Below, piece by piece: positions 27,439 through 37,978 of a stretch of DNA of 64,000 nucleotides (its first letter is position 1; each line of letters opens with the position of its first letter). The stretch comes from Candidatus Eiseniibacteriota bacterium (GTDB lineage: Bacteria; Eisenbacteria; RBG-16-71-46). The stretch is from positions 608,001 through 672,000 of the forward strand of contig OY970342.1 of assembly GCA_963717505.1 (NCBI GenBank), given 5' to 3'. Made by a program: the position numbers and the translations under genes. The notes beneath the pieces were generated by a model. It was not told the DNA's origin and did not search any database. It saw only the letters and a program-made list of their open reading frames with translations.

Positions 27439-28962
27439 CTAGGGGTCGTCGAGCGGCACGCTGGCGATCGCGACGTCGCCGCGCTCGAGCTCGTAGTGGA
27501 ATTCGACTCGATCGTAGTCGCGCCAATTCTCGACGTGGCGCTGGATCACCGGCAGCAGGTCGCGCAGGAATCGATTGGCCGGGGTATCGGGACGTGAAGG
27601 ATCGTGTTCGATCCGCCCGTGCGGCTTGCTGGCCAGATCCTCGACCAGGACCGGCAGCTCGACCACCAGATCCCATTGTTTCGCGGTCGCCGTACCGACT
27701 CCCGCCGGCAGGTAGAGCGTCGGCGCTCCATCGCGCACCAGACACAGCTCGACCATGCGCGGCAGGTGCTCCATGGCGTCGAAAGAGACACGCTGATCGC
27801 GGAAGCGCCGGGCGATGCGCTGGGCTTCGACAGGATCGTAATACGCCGCGAGTCGCTCGCCCGCGCGAATGCCGTGGGCGCGGCTGTAGTAGGCGGAATA
27901 CATGTACACGTTGCTTGCCGGCCACCACACCACCTGGCCCACCGCGACCCAGACGATGCCGGCGAGCAGGAACGTGCCGAACGCGATGCCCGCCCGCTCG
28001 CTCCACCCCATCCGTCGCCCTGGCGCACTCGCGAGTTCGTGGGCGCCGTCCCGCTCGAACAGGCCGGCGAACCCCCGCGCGCGGACCGCCGACCAGTCGA
28101 TCAGCAGCGCGAAGCACACGATGTTCTCGAAGTAGCGCGGCCCCATGGTCAGCCGAATGCCGACGTGAAGCCCGATCCAGCCGAGGATGAAGATCGGGCG
28201 CAAACGTCGCGAGAGCAGGGCGACCGGGGAGCCGACCTCGAAGAACAGCGTGAGCCAGGCGGCTATGGCACACAGCCACATCTGTTCGCCCAGGATTGCG
28301 GCCAGCGCACGCTTCGACGCGTCTTCCTCGCCCCAGTAGGCGATGGTGTGACCGTCGGTCCACTGGAGTCCGGTCTCCTGGAGCTTGGTGATGCCGGCGC
28401 AGAAATAGAACGAGACGACGGCGACTAGTACCAGGACGCGCGGAAAGCCGGTGGCGCCGAGACCGGTGGGCGGCGGGGCGACGGGCAGGCCGCGACGACG
28501 CCGAATCGCGGCGTCGGCCGACCATTCCGGATCGGGGGCCGCGAAGCACAGCGCGCCGAGCACCAGCACCGGCAGGTACCAGTTGTGGTTGAACGCGCTG
28601 GTTCCCCAGCAGTAGCCGTGCAGCACGAAGGAGCCGACGGCCGTGAGGATCGCCGAAGTTCGTCCGAACAGACCGACCGCGGCGCAGATCCAGGCGGCGC
28701 CGGTTACGACCGCGATTCCGGCGATCGCTTGAGGCGGCAACCACGGCAAGCTCAACGCTTCGATCAGGCCATGGGCGCGATAGAGGAGCGGGTCGGTCTC
28801 GGCGTAGAGCGCGACCGCGCGCAACGGCGACTTCCAGTGCGTGAGAGCGATGACGAACAGCGCGCCGTAGACGACCAGGCGCAGCCGTCCGTCGAGCGGG
28901 GGCAATTCGGCGAGCCACCAGCGTACCCAGCGGTCGCGAATGGAAGGGGGGCGGCCCGACAT
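27439..28962 (-). CDS. HTTM-domain-like membrane protein
   Basis: Multiple TM helices; FNH, YFCAGITKL, GLQWTDG, FEVG.P and LHVGI motifs. Confidence 0.7.
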   Translation of the reverse strand: MSGRPPSIRDRWVRWWLAELPPLDGRLRLVVYGALFVIALTHWKSPLRAVALYAETDPLLYRAHGLIEALSLPWLPPQAIAGIAVVTGAAWICAAVGLFGRTSAILTAVGSFVLHGYCWGTSAFNHNWYLPVLVLGALCFAAPDPEWSADAAIRRRRGLPVAPPPTGLGATGFPRVLVLVAVVSFYFCAGITKLQETGLQWTDGHTIAYWGEEDASKRALAAILGEQMWLCAIAAWLTLFFEVGSPVALLSRRLRPIFILGWIGLHVGIRLTMGPRYFENIVCFALLIDWSAVRARGFAGLFERDGAHELASAPGRRMGWSERAGIAFGTFLLAGIVWVAVGQVVWWPASNVYMYSAYYSRAHGIRAGERLAAYYDPVEAQRIARRFRDQRVSFDAMEHLPRMVELCLVRDGAPTLYLPAGVGTATAKQWDLVVELPVLVEDLASKPHGRIEHDPSRPDTPANRFLRDLLPVIQRHVENWRDYDRVEFHYELERGDVAIASVPLDDP

Positions 28963-28974
28963 GGCCGATCAATC

Positions 28975-30735
28975 TTAGGCGATGCGCGCTCGCCTCGTCA
29001 CCCGAATAATCATCTCGAACGCCACGGCCAGGAGCACGACCAGCAGGCAACCGATCACGTTGTACCAGAGGAACGAGATCTTGGTCAGCTTGAAGCAGGC
29101 GATCACCGCGACTTCGGCGACCAAGGCCGCGGTGAACACGGCGGTGCCGCCGATGCGCTTGAGGTAGAAGCCGGTGAGGAAGATCCCGAGGATCGTGCCG
29201 TAGAACAGCGAACCCAGGATGTTCACTGCCTCGATCAGCGAGCCGAGCCGGTTGGCGTACTCGGCGAACGTCACGGCAAAGGCACCCCAGAACAAGGTGG
29301 CCAGCACCGACACCCGCACCTCTCGGCGGTCCGCGACCGCGGACGTGCGCACTTCGCCGCCGACGTCAGTGGCCGGCCCGCCATTCGCGCGCCGCCGGCC
29401 GAACGGCGTCCGGCGCCACACGTCGACCACGGTGGTCGATGCCAGGGCGTTGAGCTCGGCCGAAGTCGACGACATCGACGCCGCGAACACCGCGGCCAGC
29501 ATGAGGCCGATCACCCCGGGTGGGAATGTGCTCAGGATGAAGGTCAGGAACACATAGTTGGTGTCGCCGGTCTGCGCCTTGGGATCGTTGCGCTTCATCA
29601 GCTCGACAACCCGCCCGCGCGCCGCCTGGACTTCGGCATGGGCCGCGCGCACCTCGGCCTTCGCGGTCGCGATCTCGGCGGCGTCCCCGGTGCGCCGCGC
29701 GACCAGATACTCGCGCGCCAGTCGCTCGCGTCCCTCGGCCGCCTCACGATGCTCGGCCGCCAGTGTGCGGTATTCACCACCGAGTGGCCCCGCCTCCAGC
29801 TTCTGCACCTCGATCGGATTGAAGTGCGCCGGCTGCGGCACGAACTGATAGCAGGCGAACACCATCGCGCCGGTGAGCAGGATGCAGAACTGCATCGGCA
29901 CCTTGACCAACCCGTTGGTCACGAGGCCGAGCCGGCTCTCGGCCACCGAGCGGCCGGTCAGGTAGCGACCGACCTGGGACTGATCGGTGCCGAAGTAGCT
30001 GAGCGCCAGGAAGCAACCGCCGATCAACCCCGACCACAGGTTGTAGCGATTCTCGAGGTCGAACGACAGATCGAGGGTGTTGAGGCGTCCCTGCACCCCA
30101 GCGACGTGCAGTGCGTCGACGAACGTGACGCCGGCGGGCAACGAGCCGACCGCGAGCACGAAGGCCAGCGCGATCCCGCCGAGCATCACGCAAATCTGGA
30201 GCGACTGGGCATAGTTGACCGCCTTGGTGCCACCGGTTGCGGTGTAGGTCACGACCAGCGCGCCGATCGCGATGTTGGTCCAGAACAGGTTCCAGCCGAG
30301 CAGCACCGAAAGAATGAGCGCCGGCGCGAAGATGGTCAGCCCGGCGGCCAGGCCGCGCTGAGTCAGGAACAAACCCGCCGCCAGCGTGCGGGTCTTGCCG
30401 TCGAAGCGCCGCTCCAGGTACTCGTAGGCGGTGAACACGTGCAGGCGATGGAAGATCGGCACCGCGGTGATGCACAGCACCACCATCGCGATCGGCAGCC
30501 CGAAGTAGAACTGGACGAAGCGCATGCCGTCGGCGAAGCCCTGGCCGGGCGTCGACAGAAACGTGATGGCACTCGCCTGGGTCGCCATGATCGAGAGCGC
30601 GATGGTGCTCCAGCGCATGCGGCGGTCGGCGAGCAGATAGCCGTCGAGATCGCGGCTGCCGCGGCCGCGCCACAAACCGTAGGCGACGATGCCCACCAGC
30701 CAACCGCCGAGCACCAGCCAGTCGAGTGGGCTCAC
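28975..30735 (-). CDS. Sodium:solute symporter (SSS)
   Basis: SIMATQASAITF, TAYEYLERRF, GTDQSQVGRYL, AASMSS. Confidence 0.92.
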   Translation of the reverse strand: MSPLDWLVLGGWLVGIVAYGLWRGRGSRDLDGYLLADRRMRWSTIALSIMATQASAITFLSTPGQGFADGMRFVQFYFGLPIAMVVLCITAVPIFHRLHVFTAYEYLERRFDGKTRTLAAGLFLTQRGLAAGLTIFAPALILSVLLGWNLFWTNIAIGALVVTYTATGGTKAVNYAQSLQICVMLGGIALAFVLAVGSLPAGVTFVDALHVAGVQGRLNTLDLSFDLENRYNLWSGLIGGCFLALSYFGTDQSQVGRYLTGRSVAESRLGLVTNGLVKVPMQFCILLTGAMVFACYQFVPQPAHFNPIEVQKLEAGPLGGEYRTLAAEHREAAEGRERLAREYLVARRTGDAAEIATAKAEVRAAHAEVQAARGRVVELMKRNDPKAQTGDTNYVFLTFILSTFPPGVIGLMLAAVFAASMSSTSAELNALASTTVVDVWRRTPFGRRRANGGPATDVGGEVRTSAVADRREVRVSVLATLFWGAFAVTFAEYANRLGSLIEAVNILGSLFYGTILGIFLTGFYLKRIGGTAVFTAALVAEVAVIACFKLTKISFLWYNVIGCLLVVLLAVAFEMIIRVTRRARIA

Positions 30736-30778
30736 CGCCCGGCTCCGCGCATGCCGCGCGTCCGCGGCGGCATGTCGC

Positions 30779-30904
30779 TCACGAGAACACCCGGGCGAAC
30801 AGCCCGAACAGGACGATCAGCACGATCAGGAAGCCGATCACGACCAGGTAGAGCCGGCGCCAGGAACCCAGGATCGGCGGCGGCTCCTCCGGCACGTCGG
30901 ACAC
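30779..30904 (-). CDS. 41-aa single-TM protein preceding the SSS gene (probable accessory subunit)
   Basis: GTG overlaps the PIG-L TAG; VSDVPEEPPPILGSWRRLYLVVIGFLIVLIVLFGLFARVFS. Confidence 0.75.
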   Translation of the reverse strand: MSDVPEEPPPILGSWRRLYLVVIGFLIVLIVLFGLFARVFS

Positions 30905-33483
30905 TACCGCCCCGCGCTCACCAGATTCGCGAACAAGCGAAAGGCTCCGGGGACCCCGGCCGGCAGCTGCCGGAACCACGAGAAGCCGGTGTAGATGAAC
31001 ACGCCCTTGCCGTGCCGCGCGTAGATCAGCCCGCCGTCGCGCGGCGGCTCGCCCGGATCGTTGGCCGAGAGCACTGCCTCGTAGCCCGGGTCCCACGGGC
31101 TCGCGAAGTAGAGTCCGCGCTCCTGAACCCAGCCGCCGAAGTCGTCGGCGGTGATCAGGTTCGGGCGCACCAGCAGCGGATGCTGGGCGCTCGGAAAGCG
31201 CACCTCGGCGGTCTCGACCGAGACGCGGTTGCGCGAGATCGTGAACGGCAACGGACCGAGTTTGCCGTCGAGCGCGCGGTCCGCGGTCTGGTACTGGACG
31301 ACCAGCGTGCCGCCGCCACTGACATAGTCGATCAGCCGGGGCTGAAGCGCGCGCAGGCGCGGTCGCGTGTTGTAGGCGCGGACCCCGACCACGATTGCGT
31401 CGAAGCGCGACAGGCTGCCGGCGCCGATGTCGTCGTCCTCGAGCAGGCTGACGCGGTATCCCATCTGGCGCAGGGCGTCGGGGATCCCGTCGCCGGAGCC
31501 CATGATGTAGCCGATCTCGCTGCCCAGGTGCTGGACGTCGGCACGCACCAGCTTGGCCCGGGCCGGCGGAAAATTCGACTGGATCGGAATGTGGGGATAG
31601 TCGATCCGCTCGATGTTGCGCGCGTACTCCTTGCCCCCGGACTCGAAGATCGCGGTCACCGATCCGACGGTGGCCGTCGCCCCGCCGCGCAATCCGGCAT
31701 CGGGCGGATACACGGTGAAGCGGGTGCTGGCCTCAGCGTTGGCGGCGAGTTCGAGCGTCTTCCCGGTCGGAGTCGCGCGCCAGCCCTCGGGCAGTTCGAG
31801 TCGGAGCGTGCCGGACATCGGTTGCGTGCCGGTTTGCGCGACGACCAGGACCTCGACCGGATCACGGGTCGGGAACAGATAGACCGGGCGGTCGAGCCGC
31901 ACGCCGACCGGGGGCGCGATCTCGAGTGGGCGATAGCGCTCGCCCTGGACCGGGTCGGTCCAGCGGTAGACGATGGGACGGTCGAAGATCAGTCGCTGAC
32001 TGCCCGCGCGCACCACGAAGCGCGCCTGAAGCGGCGGCGGCGTATCGGCTCTCCCGAGCACGCTGAAGTCGCCGACGTCGAAGCGTCCGGGCAGCGGCTC
32101 GCGCCTGAGCCAGTAGGGCTGGGTGTCGCGCTGGTCGCGCGGGAGCACGATCGTCGCTTCGCCGTTGACCGGACGGTTGTCCGAGAGCTCCCGGTCACGG
32201 ACTTCCTTGCGCGCGACCAGCGGCGAGCCCGCGGTGTCGGCGGCCGGCCCGCCGGCGGGCGGCTCCGGGTCCATCGCCTGGGCGCCGTGCGGAACCTCGA
32301 TGCGCTCGAGCACCAGCGGGGCCGGCGATCGATTGAGCGCCGAGAAGCGCACCTTGACCTCGCCCCCGGGAACCGTCGTGGGCGACTCGGCGATCGCTTC
32401 CAGCCAAAGGCCGCTGCACGAAGCAATCAGGTCCTCGAGCTCGCGGCGTTTGATCGCGATCCAAGGGTCGGCATTCGGTCGGGACTCGAGGTCGGTCATC
32501 GCGGCGTGCGCCTTGAGCAGCTCCGGGACGATCCGGTCGGGATCGCCTGAACGAAAGCGCTTCAGCGCCTCGGCCAGGAAGCGGTCGACACGGTCGCCGC
32601 CGGAAATGCGGGTCCAGCCGATATCGACTCCGTCGAACAGATCCTTGCTCGCGAGCGCGCCGTCGCGGTGTACGAAGAAGTTGGGAACCGGACCGCGGCG
32701 CTCGGACGCGCCGAATCCCTGGCTCTTGTGCATGCTGCGGCTTTCGGCCGCGATCTCGGTGTACGCGCGCCCGAGCAGCCGGTTGTACTCGCCGAGGTCG
32801 ACGCCGACGTTCGGTCCCGGCGGATCCCGCGTCGGATCGAAACGAAATGCGTTCCACACGATGCGCTTGGCCTGCCACGGCTTCACGTGCGCGAGCTGCT
32901 CGAAGAACCGGGTCGAATCGGCGGCGGCGCGGAACGCCTCCTCGGCCAGGATCGCGGAGGCCTGATGATGTCCGTGCCCGCCGGTGCTGTCGGTCGGGAA
33001 GCGCGTGACGATCACGTCGGGGCGGAACGTGCGAATGGTCCACACCACGTCGGACAGGATCGCTTCGCGGCCCCAGATCTCCATGGTTTCGTCGGCGCGC
33101 TTCGAGTAGCCGAAGTCGAGCGCCCGCGTGAAGAATTGCTCGGCGCCGTCGATCCGGCGCGCGGCCAGCAGCTCCTGCGTGCGGATCACGCCCAGGTCGA
33201 GTCCGGTCTCCGAGCCAATCAGGTTCTGGCCGCCGTCGCCCCGGGTCAGCGACAGATAGCCGGCGCGGATCTTCCGCCCCTGAGTCAGCCAGGTCAGGAA
33301 CGCGGTGTTCTCGTCGTCGGGGTGTGCGGCAACGTAGAGGGCGCTGCCCAGCACCCGCAGCCGCTCGAGCGCGAGTTGGATCTCGGCGGCGTTCATCGGC
33401 TCGGCGGGGCGGACATCGGCCACGGCCGGCATCGCCAGGAACAGAACCAGACTCAGGATCGGAATCGTGCGCGACGGGTTCAC
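30904..33483 (-). CDS. Secreted PIG-L/LmbE family deacetylase with NEW3-like and C-terminal GATase-like domains
   Basis: AHPDDE, TRGDGGQN, DFGYSK, HGHH; signal peptide. Confidence 0.92.
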   Translation of the reverse strand: MNPSRTIPILSLVLFLAMPAVADVRPAEPMNAAEIQLALERLRVLGSALYVAAHPDDENTAFLTWLTQGRKIRAGYLSLTRGDGGQNLIGSETGLDLGVIRTQELLAARRIDGAEQFFTRALDFGYSKRADETMEIWGREAILSDVVWTIRTFRPDVIVTRFPTDSTGGHGHHQASAILAEEAFRAAADSTRFFEQLAHVKPWQAKRIVWNAFRFDPTRDPPGPNVGVDLGEYNRLLGRAYTEIAAESRSMHKSQGFGASERRGPVPNFFVHRDGALASKDLFDGVDIGWTRISGGDRVDRFLAEALKRFRSGDPDRIVPELLKAHAAMTDLESRPNADPWIAIKRRELEDLIASCSGLWLEAIAESPTTVPGGEVKVRFSALNRSPAPLVLERIEVPHGAQAMDPEPPAGGPAADTAGSPLVARKEVRDRELSDNRPVNGEATIVLPRDQRDTQPYWLRREPLPGRFDVGDFSVLGRADTPPPLQARFVVRAGSQRLIFDRPIVYRWTDPVQGERYRPLEIAPPVGVRLDRPVYLFPTRDPVEVLVVAQTGTQPMSGTLRLELPEGWRATPTGKTLELAANAEASTRFTVYPPDAGLRGGATATVGSVTAIFESGGKEYARNIERIDYPHIPIQSNFPPARAKLVRADVQHLGSEIGYIMGSGDGIPDALRQMGYRVSLLEDDDIGAGSLSRFDAIVVGVRAYNTRPRLRALQPRLIDYVSGGGTLVVQYQTADRALDGKLGPLPFTISRNRVSVETAEVRFPSAQHPLLVRPNLITADDFGGWVQERGLYFASPWDPGYEAVLSANDPGEPPRDGGLIYARHGKGVFIYTGFSWFRQLPAGVPGAFRLFANLVSAGR

Positions 33484-33566
33484 TGCGATGCGCCTTTCGA
33501 AACCATGACATGACCTCCGGGAAGCCTTCTGGATTGCAGGAGCCGCAGATCATTACCATGCTCGGC

Positions 33567-34412
33567 ATGCGTTGGCCACGGTCGGTTGCGTTCGTCGTTG
33601 CGTGCTTCGCCACCGCCTGTCCAGCGCTCTCGAGTTCCGCTCGCGCGGATGCCTGGACGCGCGACACCGGGTCCTGGTTCGGCAGCCTGTCGGTCGAGCG
33701 TTGGTTCACCACCGAGCGGTTCAACCAGCGGGGTGAGCGCGTTCCTTATCAGGAGACCCTTCCCGGCTTCGACGACACCGACGAGTATCGGAACTTCGCG
33801 TTGCGAGCCTACGGAGAGTACGGATTCACCGACGTGTGGCAGGCGTCGGCGTCCACGGCGCTCGAAATCATCGAAGCCGAAGGCAACGGACGCGAGGACC
33901 GGACCACCGGTCTCTCGGACCTTCGGCTTCAGGTCAAACGCCTGATCCTTCGGAGACCGCTGGTGGTCTCGTCGTTCGTCGAGCTCAAGGCGCCGACCGG
34001 CTACGACAAGACCACGTTCCCCTCGCTCGGCACCGGCGAGTTCGACGTCAGCGGTGGATTTGCGGCCGGTAAGGCGACGCGCACGACCTACATTTCGGCC
34101 GACGCCGGCTTCGTGTCCCGCGGCGGTTCGTATGCGAACGAGATCCCGGTCAACATCGAAGCCGCCTGGTCGATGCGCCCCGACATCACGCTGCGCACCG
34201 ACTGGCGCGTGGTCCTGCCGGTCAGTGACCTGTACGACCCGGCGCTGCCGTTCGACCCGCGACAGGCCAGCACGCGCTCGCTGACCGGCGGCCTGTCACT
34301 GATCATGAGCAGCCCGTATGTCGATCTGGTGTTCGGCTTCGACCAGGCGATCTCGGGGCTCAATGCGCTGGCGGGCACGCGCTTCGAGTTCTCGGTGTGG
34401 TGGGATCGCTGA
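33567..34412 (+). CDS. Putative outer-membrane beta-barrel protein
   Basis: Signal peptide ending ARA-DAW; amphipathic beta strands; GLSDLRL; C-terminal FEFSVWW. Confidence 0.65.
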   Translation: MRWPRSVAFVVACFATACPALSSSARADAWTRDTGSWFGSLSVERWFTTERFNQRGERVPYQETLPGFDDTDEYRNFALRAYGEYGFTDVWQASASTALEIIEAEGNGREDRTTGLSDLRLQVKRLILRRPLVVSSFVELKAPTGYDKTTFPSLGTGEFDVSGGFAAGKATRTTYISADAGFVSRGGSYANEIPVNIEAAWSMRPDITLRTDWRVVLPVSDLYDPALPFDPRQASTRSLTGGLSLIMSSPYVDLVFGFDQAISGLNALAGTRFEFSVWWDR

Positions 34413-34464
34413 CCGTGCGGGGCTGGGTGATGGCCGGCCGGCCCGCCGCGTATACTCGCGCGTC

Positions 34465-36144
34465 ATGATGCCCCGCCTCGCGTTGCTGGCCGTGGCCCTC
34501 GCCGTTCCGACCTTGGGATGCGGAGGCGGCTCCGGAACGAGCGTTCCCGCGTCGGCCACGGCCGTGAAGTATTTCGGCGACACCTCGCCCCCCATCGGCC
34601 AGGTGTTCACGTTCAACAACGGCGCCGAGCCCGAGACCATCGACCCGGGGAAGATGAGCGGCCAGCCGGACGGCCGAATCGCCCGCATGATCTTCGAAGG
34701 CCTGACGTCCCCGCATCCGGAAACGCTCGAGCCCACGCCCGGCCAGGCGTATCGCTGGGAGACGAGCGCCGACGGCCTCCTCTATACGTTCCACCTGCGC
34801 CCGGGGCTCCAATGGACCGACGGCACGCCGCTCACCGCGCGCGACTTCGAATGGTCGTGGCTGCGCGTGCTCGAACCGGAGACGGCGGCGCGCTACGCGA
34901 CCCTGATGTACGTCATCGAGAACGGCGAGGCCTACAACAAGGGCGAGATCGCCGACCGCTCGATGGTGGGCGTGCACGCGATCGACGACAGCACGCTGGT
35001 CGTGCGCCTTCAGTCCGTGACCCCCTACTTCCTGCACCTGACCCAGTACTACACCTTCCTCCCGGTGCCGCGGCACGCGATCGAGAAGCACGGCCTGCGC
35101 TGGACCCTGCCCGGCAACATCGCCGGCAACGGTCCGTTCGCGCTGACCGCGTGGCGGCAGGGCGCGCGCTTCGAATTCGTTCGCAGCCCGTCGTACTGGG
35201 ACGTCGCCAACGTCCGGCTCGAACGGATCGTGTGTTTCCCGGTCGACGACTTGAACACTTCGACTAACCTGTACAAGGCGGGCGTCATCGATTGGAACCC
35301 GAGCGGCTACGTACCGTCCCAGTACTTCCCCTACCTCCGGTCGTACGCCGACTTGCGCACCGGCCGCTATCAGGGCACGTACTTCTATTCGATCAACACC
35401 ACCCGCAAACCCTACGACAACGTCTGGGTGCGGCGCGCGCTCAACTATGCGGTCGATCGCGAGTCGATCTCGCGCGACTTGCTCAAGGGCTGCCGCGACC
35501 CCTGGGGGCTCGTCGCACCCAGCGGTTACCCCGACTACATCCCGCCCGACCCGGTGACCTACGACCCCGAGCGCGCGCGCGAGTGCCTGGCGAAAGCCGG
35601 GTTCCCGGGCGGCAAGGGCTTCCCCAAGCTCGCGATCCTGTTCAACACCAGCGAGGACCATCGCCGGATCGCCGAAGCGATCCAGGCGATGTGGAAGCGC
35701 GAGCTGGGCATCGACGTCGAGCTCTCGAACCAGGAGTGGGGCTCCTATCTCCAAGCCACCACCAGCCTCCAGTACGAGGTCGCCCGGCGCTCGTGGATCG
35801 GCGACTACCTCGACCCGAACACCTTCCTGGCCATGTGGATCACGGGCGACGGCAACAACCGCACCGGCTGGAGCGAACCGCGGTACGACGCCCTGATCCG
35901 CGATGCCGGCCGCGAGTCCGATCCCGCCCATCGCATGGCCATCCTGCGCGACGCGGAGGCGCTGCTTTTGTCCGACGGGCCGGTGATTCCCATCTATCAC
36001 TACTCGACCGTCGAGCTGCTGAAGCCCTACGTGCGCGGCCTCCACCAGACCGCACTCGACACGCATCCGCTCAAGCACGTGTGGATCGATCACGACTGGC
36101 AGAAGCACGCGTCGCCGGTGGCGAGCGCGACCGGCCGCCGATGA
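34465..36144 (+). CDS. oppA: Peptide ABC transporter substrate-binding lipoprotein
   Basis: Lipobox TLGC; EPETIDP, IFEGL, WTDGTPLTA, WIGDYLDP. Confidence 0.93.
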   Translation: MMPRLALLAVALAVPTLGCGGGSGTSVPASATAVKYFGDTSPPIGQVFTFNNGAEPETIDPGKMSGQPDGRIARMIFEGLTSPHPETLEPTPGQAYRWETSADGLLYTFHLRPGLQWTDGTPLTARDFEWSWLRVLEPETAARYATLMYVIENGEAYNKGEIADRSMVGVHAIDDSTLVVRLQSVTPYFLHLTQYYTFLPVPRHAIEKHGLRWTLPGNIAGNGPFALTAWRQGARFEFVRSPSYWDVANVRLERIVCFPVDDLNTSTNLYKAGVIDWNPSGYVPSQYFPYLRSYADLRTGRYQGTYFYSINTTRKPYDNVWVRRALNYAVDRESISRDLLKGCRDPWGLVAPSGYPDYIPPDPVTYDPERARECLAKAGFPGGKGFPKLAILFNTSEDHRRIAEAIQAMWKRELGIDVELSNQEWGSYLQATTSLQYEVARRSWIGDYLDPNTFLAMWITGDGNNRTGWSEPRYDALIRDAGRESDPAHRMAILRDAEALLLSDGPVIPIYHYSTVELLKPYVRGLHQTALDTHPLKHVWIDHDWQKHASPVASATGRR

Positions 36145-37058
36145 TCACATTCGTCGTTCGTCGGGTTCTGCTGTTCATCCCGACGCTGCTGGTGATCGCC
36201 ACGCTCACGTTCTTCATGATGCGATTGGCGCCCGGCGGGCCGTTCCAGTCCGAACGCGACATCCCCAAGCCCGCGCTCGAGCAGCTGCAGAAGCAATACG
36301 GCCTCGATCGGCCATTGTTCGAGCAGTACACGTCGTTCATCGTGAACGCCGCTCGGCTCGACTTCGGGCCGTCCTACAAGTTTCCGACCCGCGAAGTACG
36401 CGAGATCATCTTCGAATCCCTGCCGGTGTCGATGGAGCTGGGCGCGTGGGCGCTCCTGCTTTCGATTGTGATCGGGGTTCCGATCGGGATGTTCGCGGCA
36501 CTCAAGCAGAACAGCGCGCTCGACTACTCGTCCATGGGCCTGGCCCTGGCCGGAGTCTCGATCCCCAACTTCGTGCTCGGACCGGTGCTGGTGCTCGGGC
36601 TGTCGCTCGGCGTGTTCCTGCTGCCGCCGGCGTTGTGGCAGGGGCCGCAGAGTCGCGTGCTGCCGGTGCTGACGCTGTCGACCGCCTACATCGCCTACAT
36701 CGCGCGACTCACCCGTGCCGGCATGCTCGAAGTCCTGCGCCAGGACTTCATTCGCACCGCGTTCGCCAAGGGTCTCCCCGACCGGGTCGTGATCTTCAAG
36801 CACGCGCTCAAGCTGGGCATCCTGCCGGTGGTGTCGTACATCGGACCGGCGGCGGCGCGCGTGGTGATGGGCTCGATCGTGGTCGAGAGCATCTTCGCGA
36901 TCCCCGGCCTCGGCCGGCACCTGGTGAACGGCGCCTTCAATCGCGACTATACGCTGGTGCTCGGCGTCGTCCTGTTCTACGCCGCGTTCCTCATGGTGCT
37001 CAATCTGATCGTCGACTTGGCTTATACCTGGCTCGACCCGCGCGTGGAGCTGGCATGA
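36141..37058 (+). CDS. oppB: Peptide ABC transporter permease
   Basis: APGGPF, DFGPSY, EAA loop DFIRTAFAKG, NRDY. Confidence 0.93.
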   Translation: MITFVVRRVLLFIPTLLVIATLTFFMMRLAPGGPFQSERDIPKPALEQLQKQYGLDRPLFEQYTSFIVNAARLDFGPSYKFPTREVREIIFESLPVSMELGAWALLLSIVIGVPIGMFAALKQNSALDYSSMGLALAGVSIPNFVLGPVLVLGLSLGVFLLPPALWQGPQSRVLPVLTLSTAYIAYIARLTRAGMLEVLRQDFIRTAFAKGLPDRVVIFKHALKLGILPVVSYIGPAAARVVMGSIVVESIFAIPGLGRHLVNGAFNRDYTLVLGVVLFYAAFLMVLNLIVDLAYTWLDPRVELA

Positions 37059-37957
37059 GCGCGGCTCCGGCGCTCGCGCCGCAAGACGCCCTCGACAACC
37101 GTCCGACCGATCTCTGGTCCGACGCGCTGCGGCGCCTGAAGAAGAATCGCGCCGCGGTCACGGCCGGCTGGGCGCTGGCCGCGATCGCTTTGCTCGCGCT
37201 CCTGGCGCCGTGGATTCCGGGGCTCGCCGACCCCGCGATTCAGGACCTGCGGCTGGGCGCCTCGGCGCCCTCGTGGGCGCACCCGTTCGGCACCGACGAG
37301 CTGGGTCGCGACACCTTCGCGCGCACGCTCCACGGCGGGCGCATCTCGCTGCTGGTCGGCGTCGTCGGCACGCTGGTCAGTCTGTTGATCGGCGTCACCT
37401 ATGGCGCCGTTTCGGGCTATCTCGGCGGCCGAACCGACGAGACGATGATGCGCTTCGTCGATATCCTCTATTCGCTGCCCTACATCTTCCTGGTCATCCT
37501 GCTGCTGGTGTTCTTCAGCCGCAGCCTGATCATGCTGTTCGTCGCATTGGGACTCGTCCAGTGGCTGACCATGGCACGCATCGTCCGCGGGCAGGTACTG
37601 TCGCTCAAGACCCAGACGTTCGTCGAGGCGGCGCGGGCGCTCGGCGCTCGCAATCGCTCGATCATCTTCCGCCACATCGTGCCCAACACGCTGGGTCCGG
37701 TGATCGTCTACACGACGCTCACGGTTCCCGCGGTGATTCTGCAGGAGGCGTTCCTCTCGTTCCTGGGCCTCGGGGTGCAACCACCCGCCGCGTCATGGGG
37801 CACGTTGGTGTCGGATGGCGCCAAGCTGCTGGCCCTGTTCCCGTGGCTCGTGATCTTCCCCGGGATCGCGCTGTCGATCACGCTTCTGTGCTTCAACTTT
37901 CTCGGCGACGGATTGCGCGACGCGCTCGACCCGTTCGATCGCCGCGACGTGAACTGA
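37055..37957 (+). CDS. oppC: Peptide ABC transporter permease
   Basis: FGTDELGRD, FVEAARALG, LSFLGLG, GDGLRDALDP. Confidence 0.93.
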   Translation: MSAAPALAPQDALDNRPTDLWSDALRRLKKNRAAVTAGWALAAIALLALLAPWIPGLADPAIQDLRLGASAPSWAHPFGTDELGRDTFARTLHGGRISLLVGVVGTLVSLLIGVTYGAVSGYLGGRTDETMMRFVDILYSLPYIFLVILLLVFFSRSLIMLFVALGLVQWLTMARIVRGQVLSLKTQTFVEAARALGARNRSIIFRHIVPNTLGPVIVYTTLTVPAVILQEAFLSFLGLGVQPPAASWGTLVSDGAKLLALFPWLVIFPGIALSITLLCFNFLGDGLRDALDPFDRRDVN

Positions 37958-37978
37958 CGCGTCGACCCGTCGAGAGGA

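Noticed and set aside
28585-32550. 1321-aa plus-strand ORF, and similar long ORFs at 895-2508, 10425-12380, 14265-16616, 34360-36108, 46199-48667 and 60909-63044
   Set aside because: Antisense or alternate-frame shadows of well-supported genes, expected at high GC; no motifs
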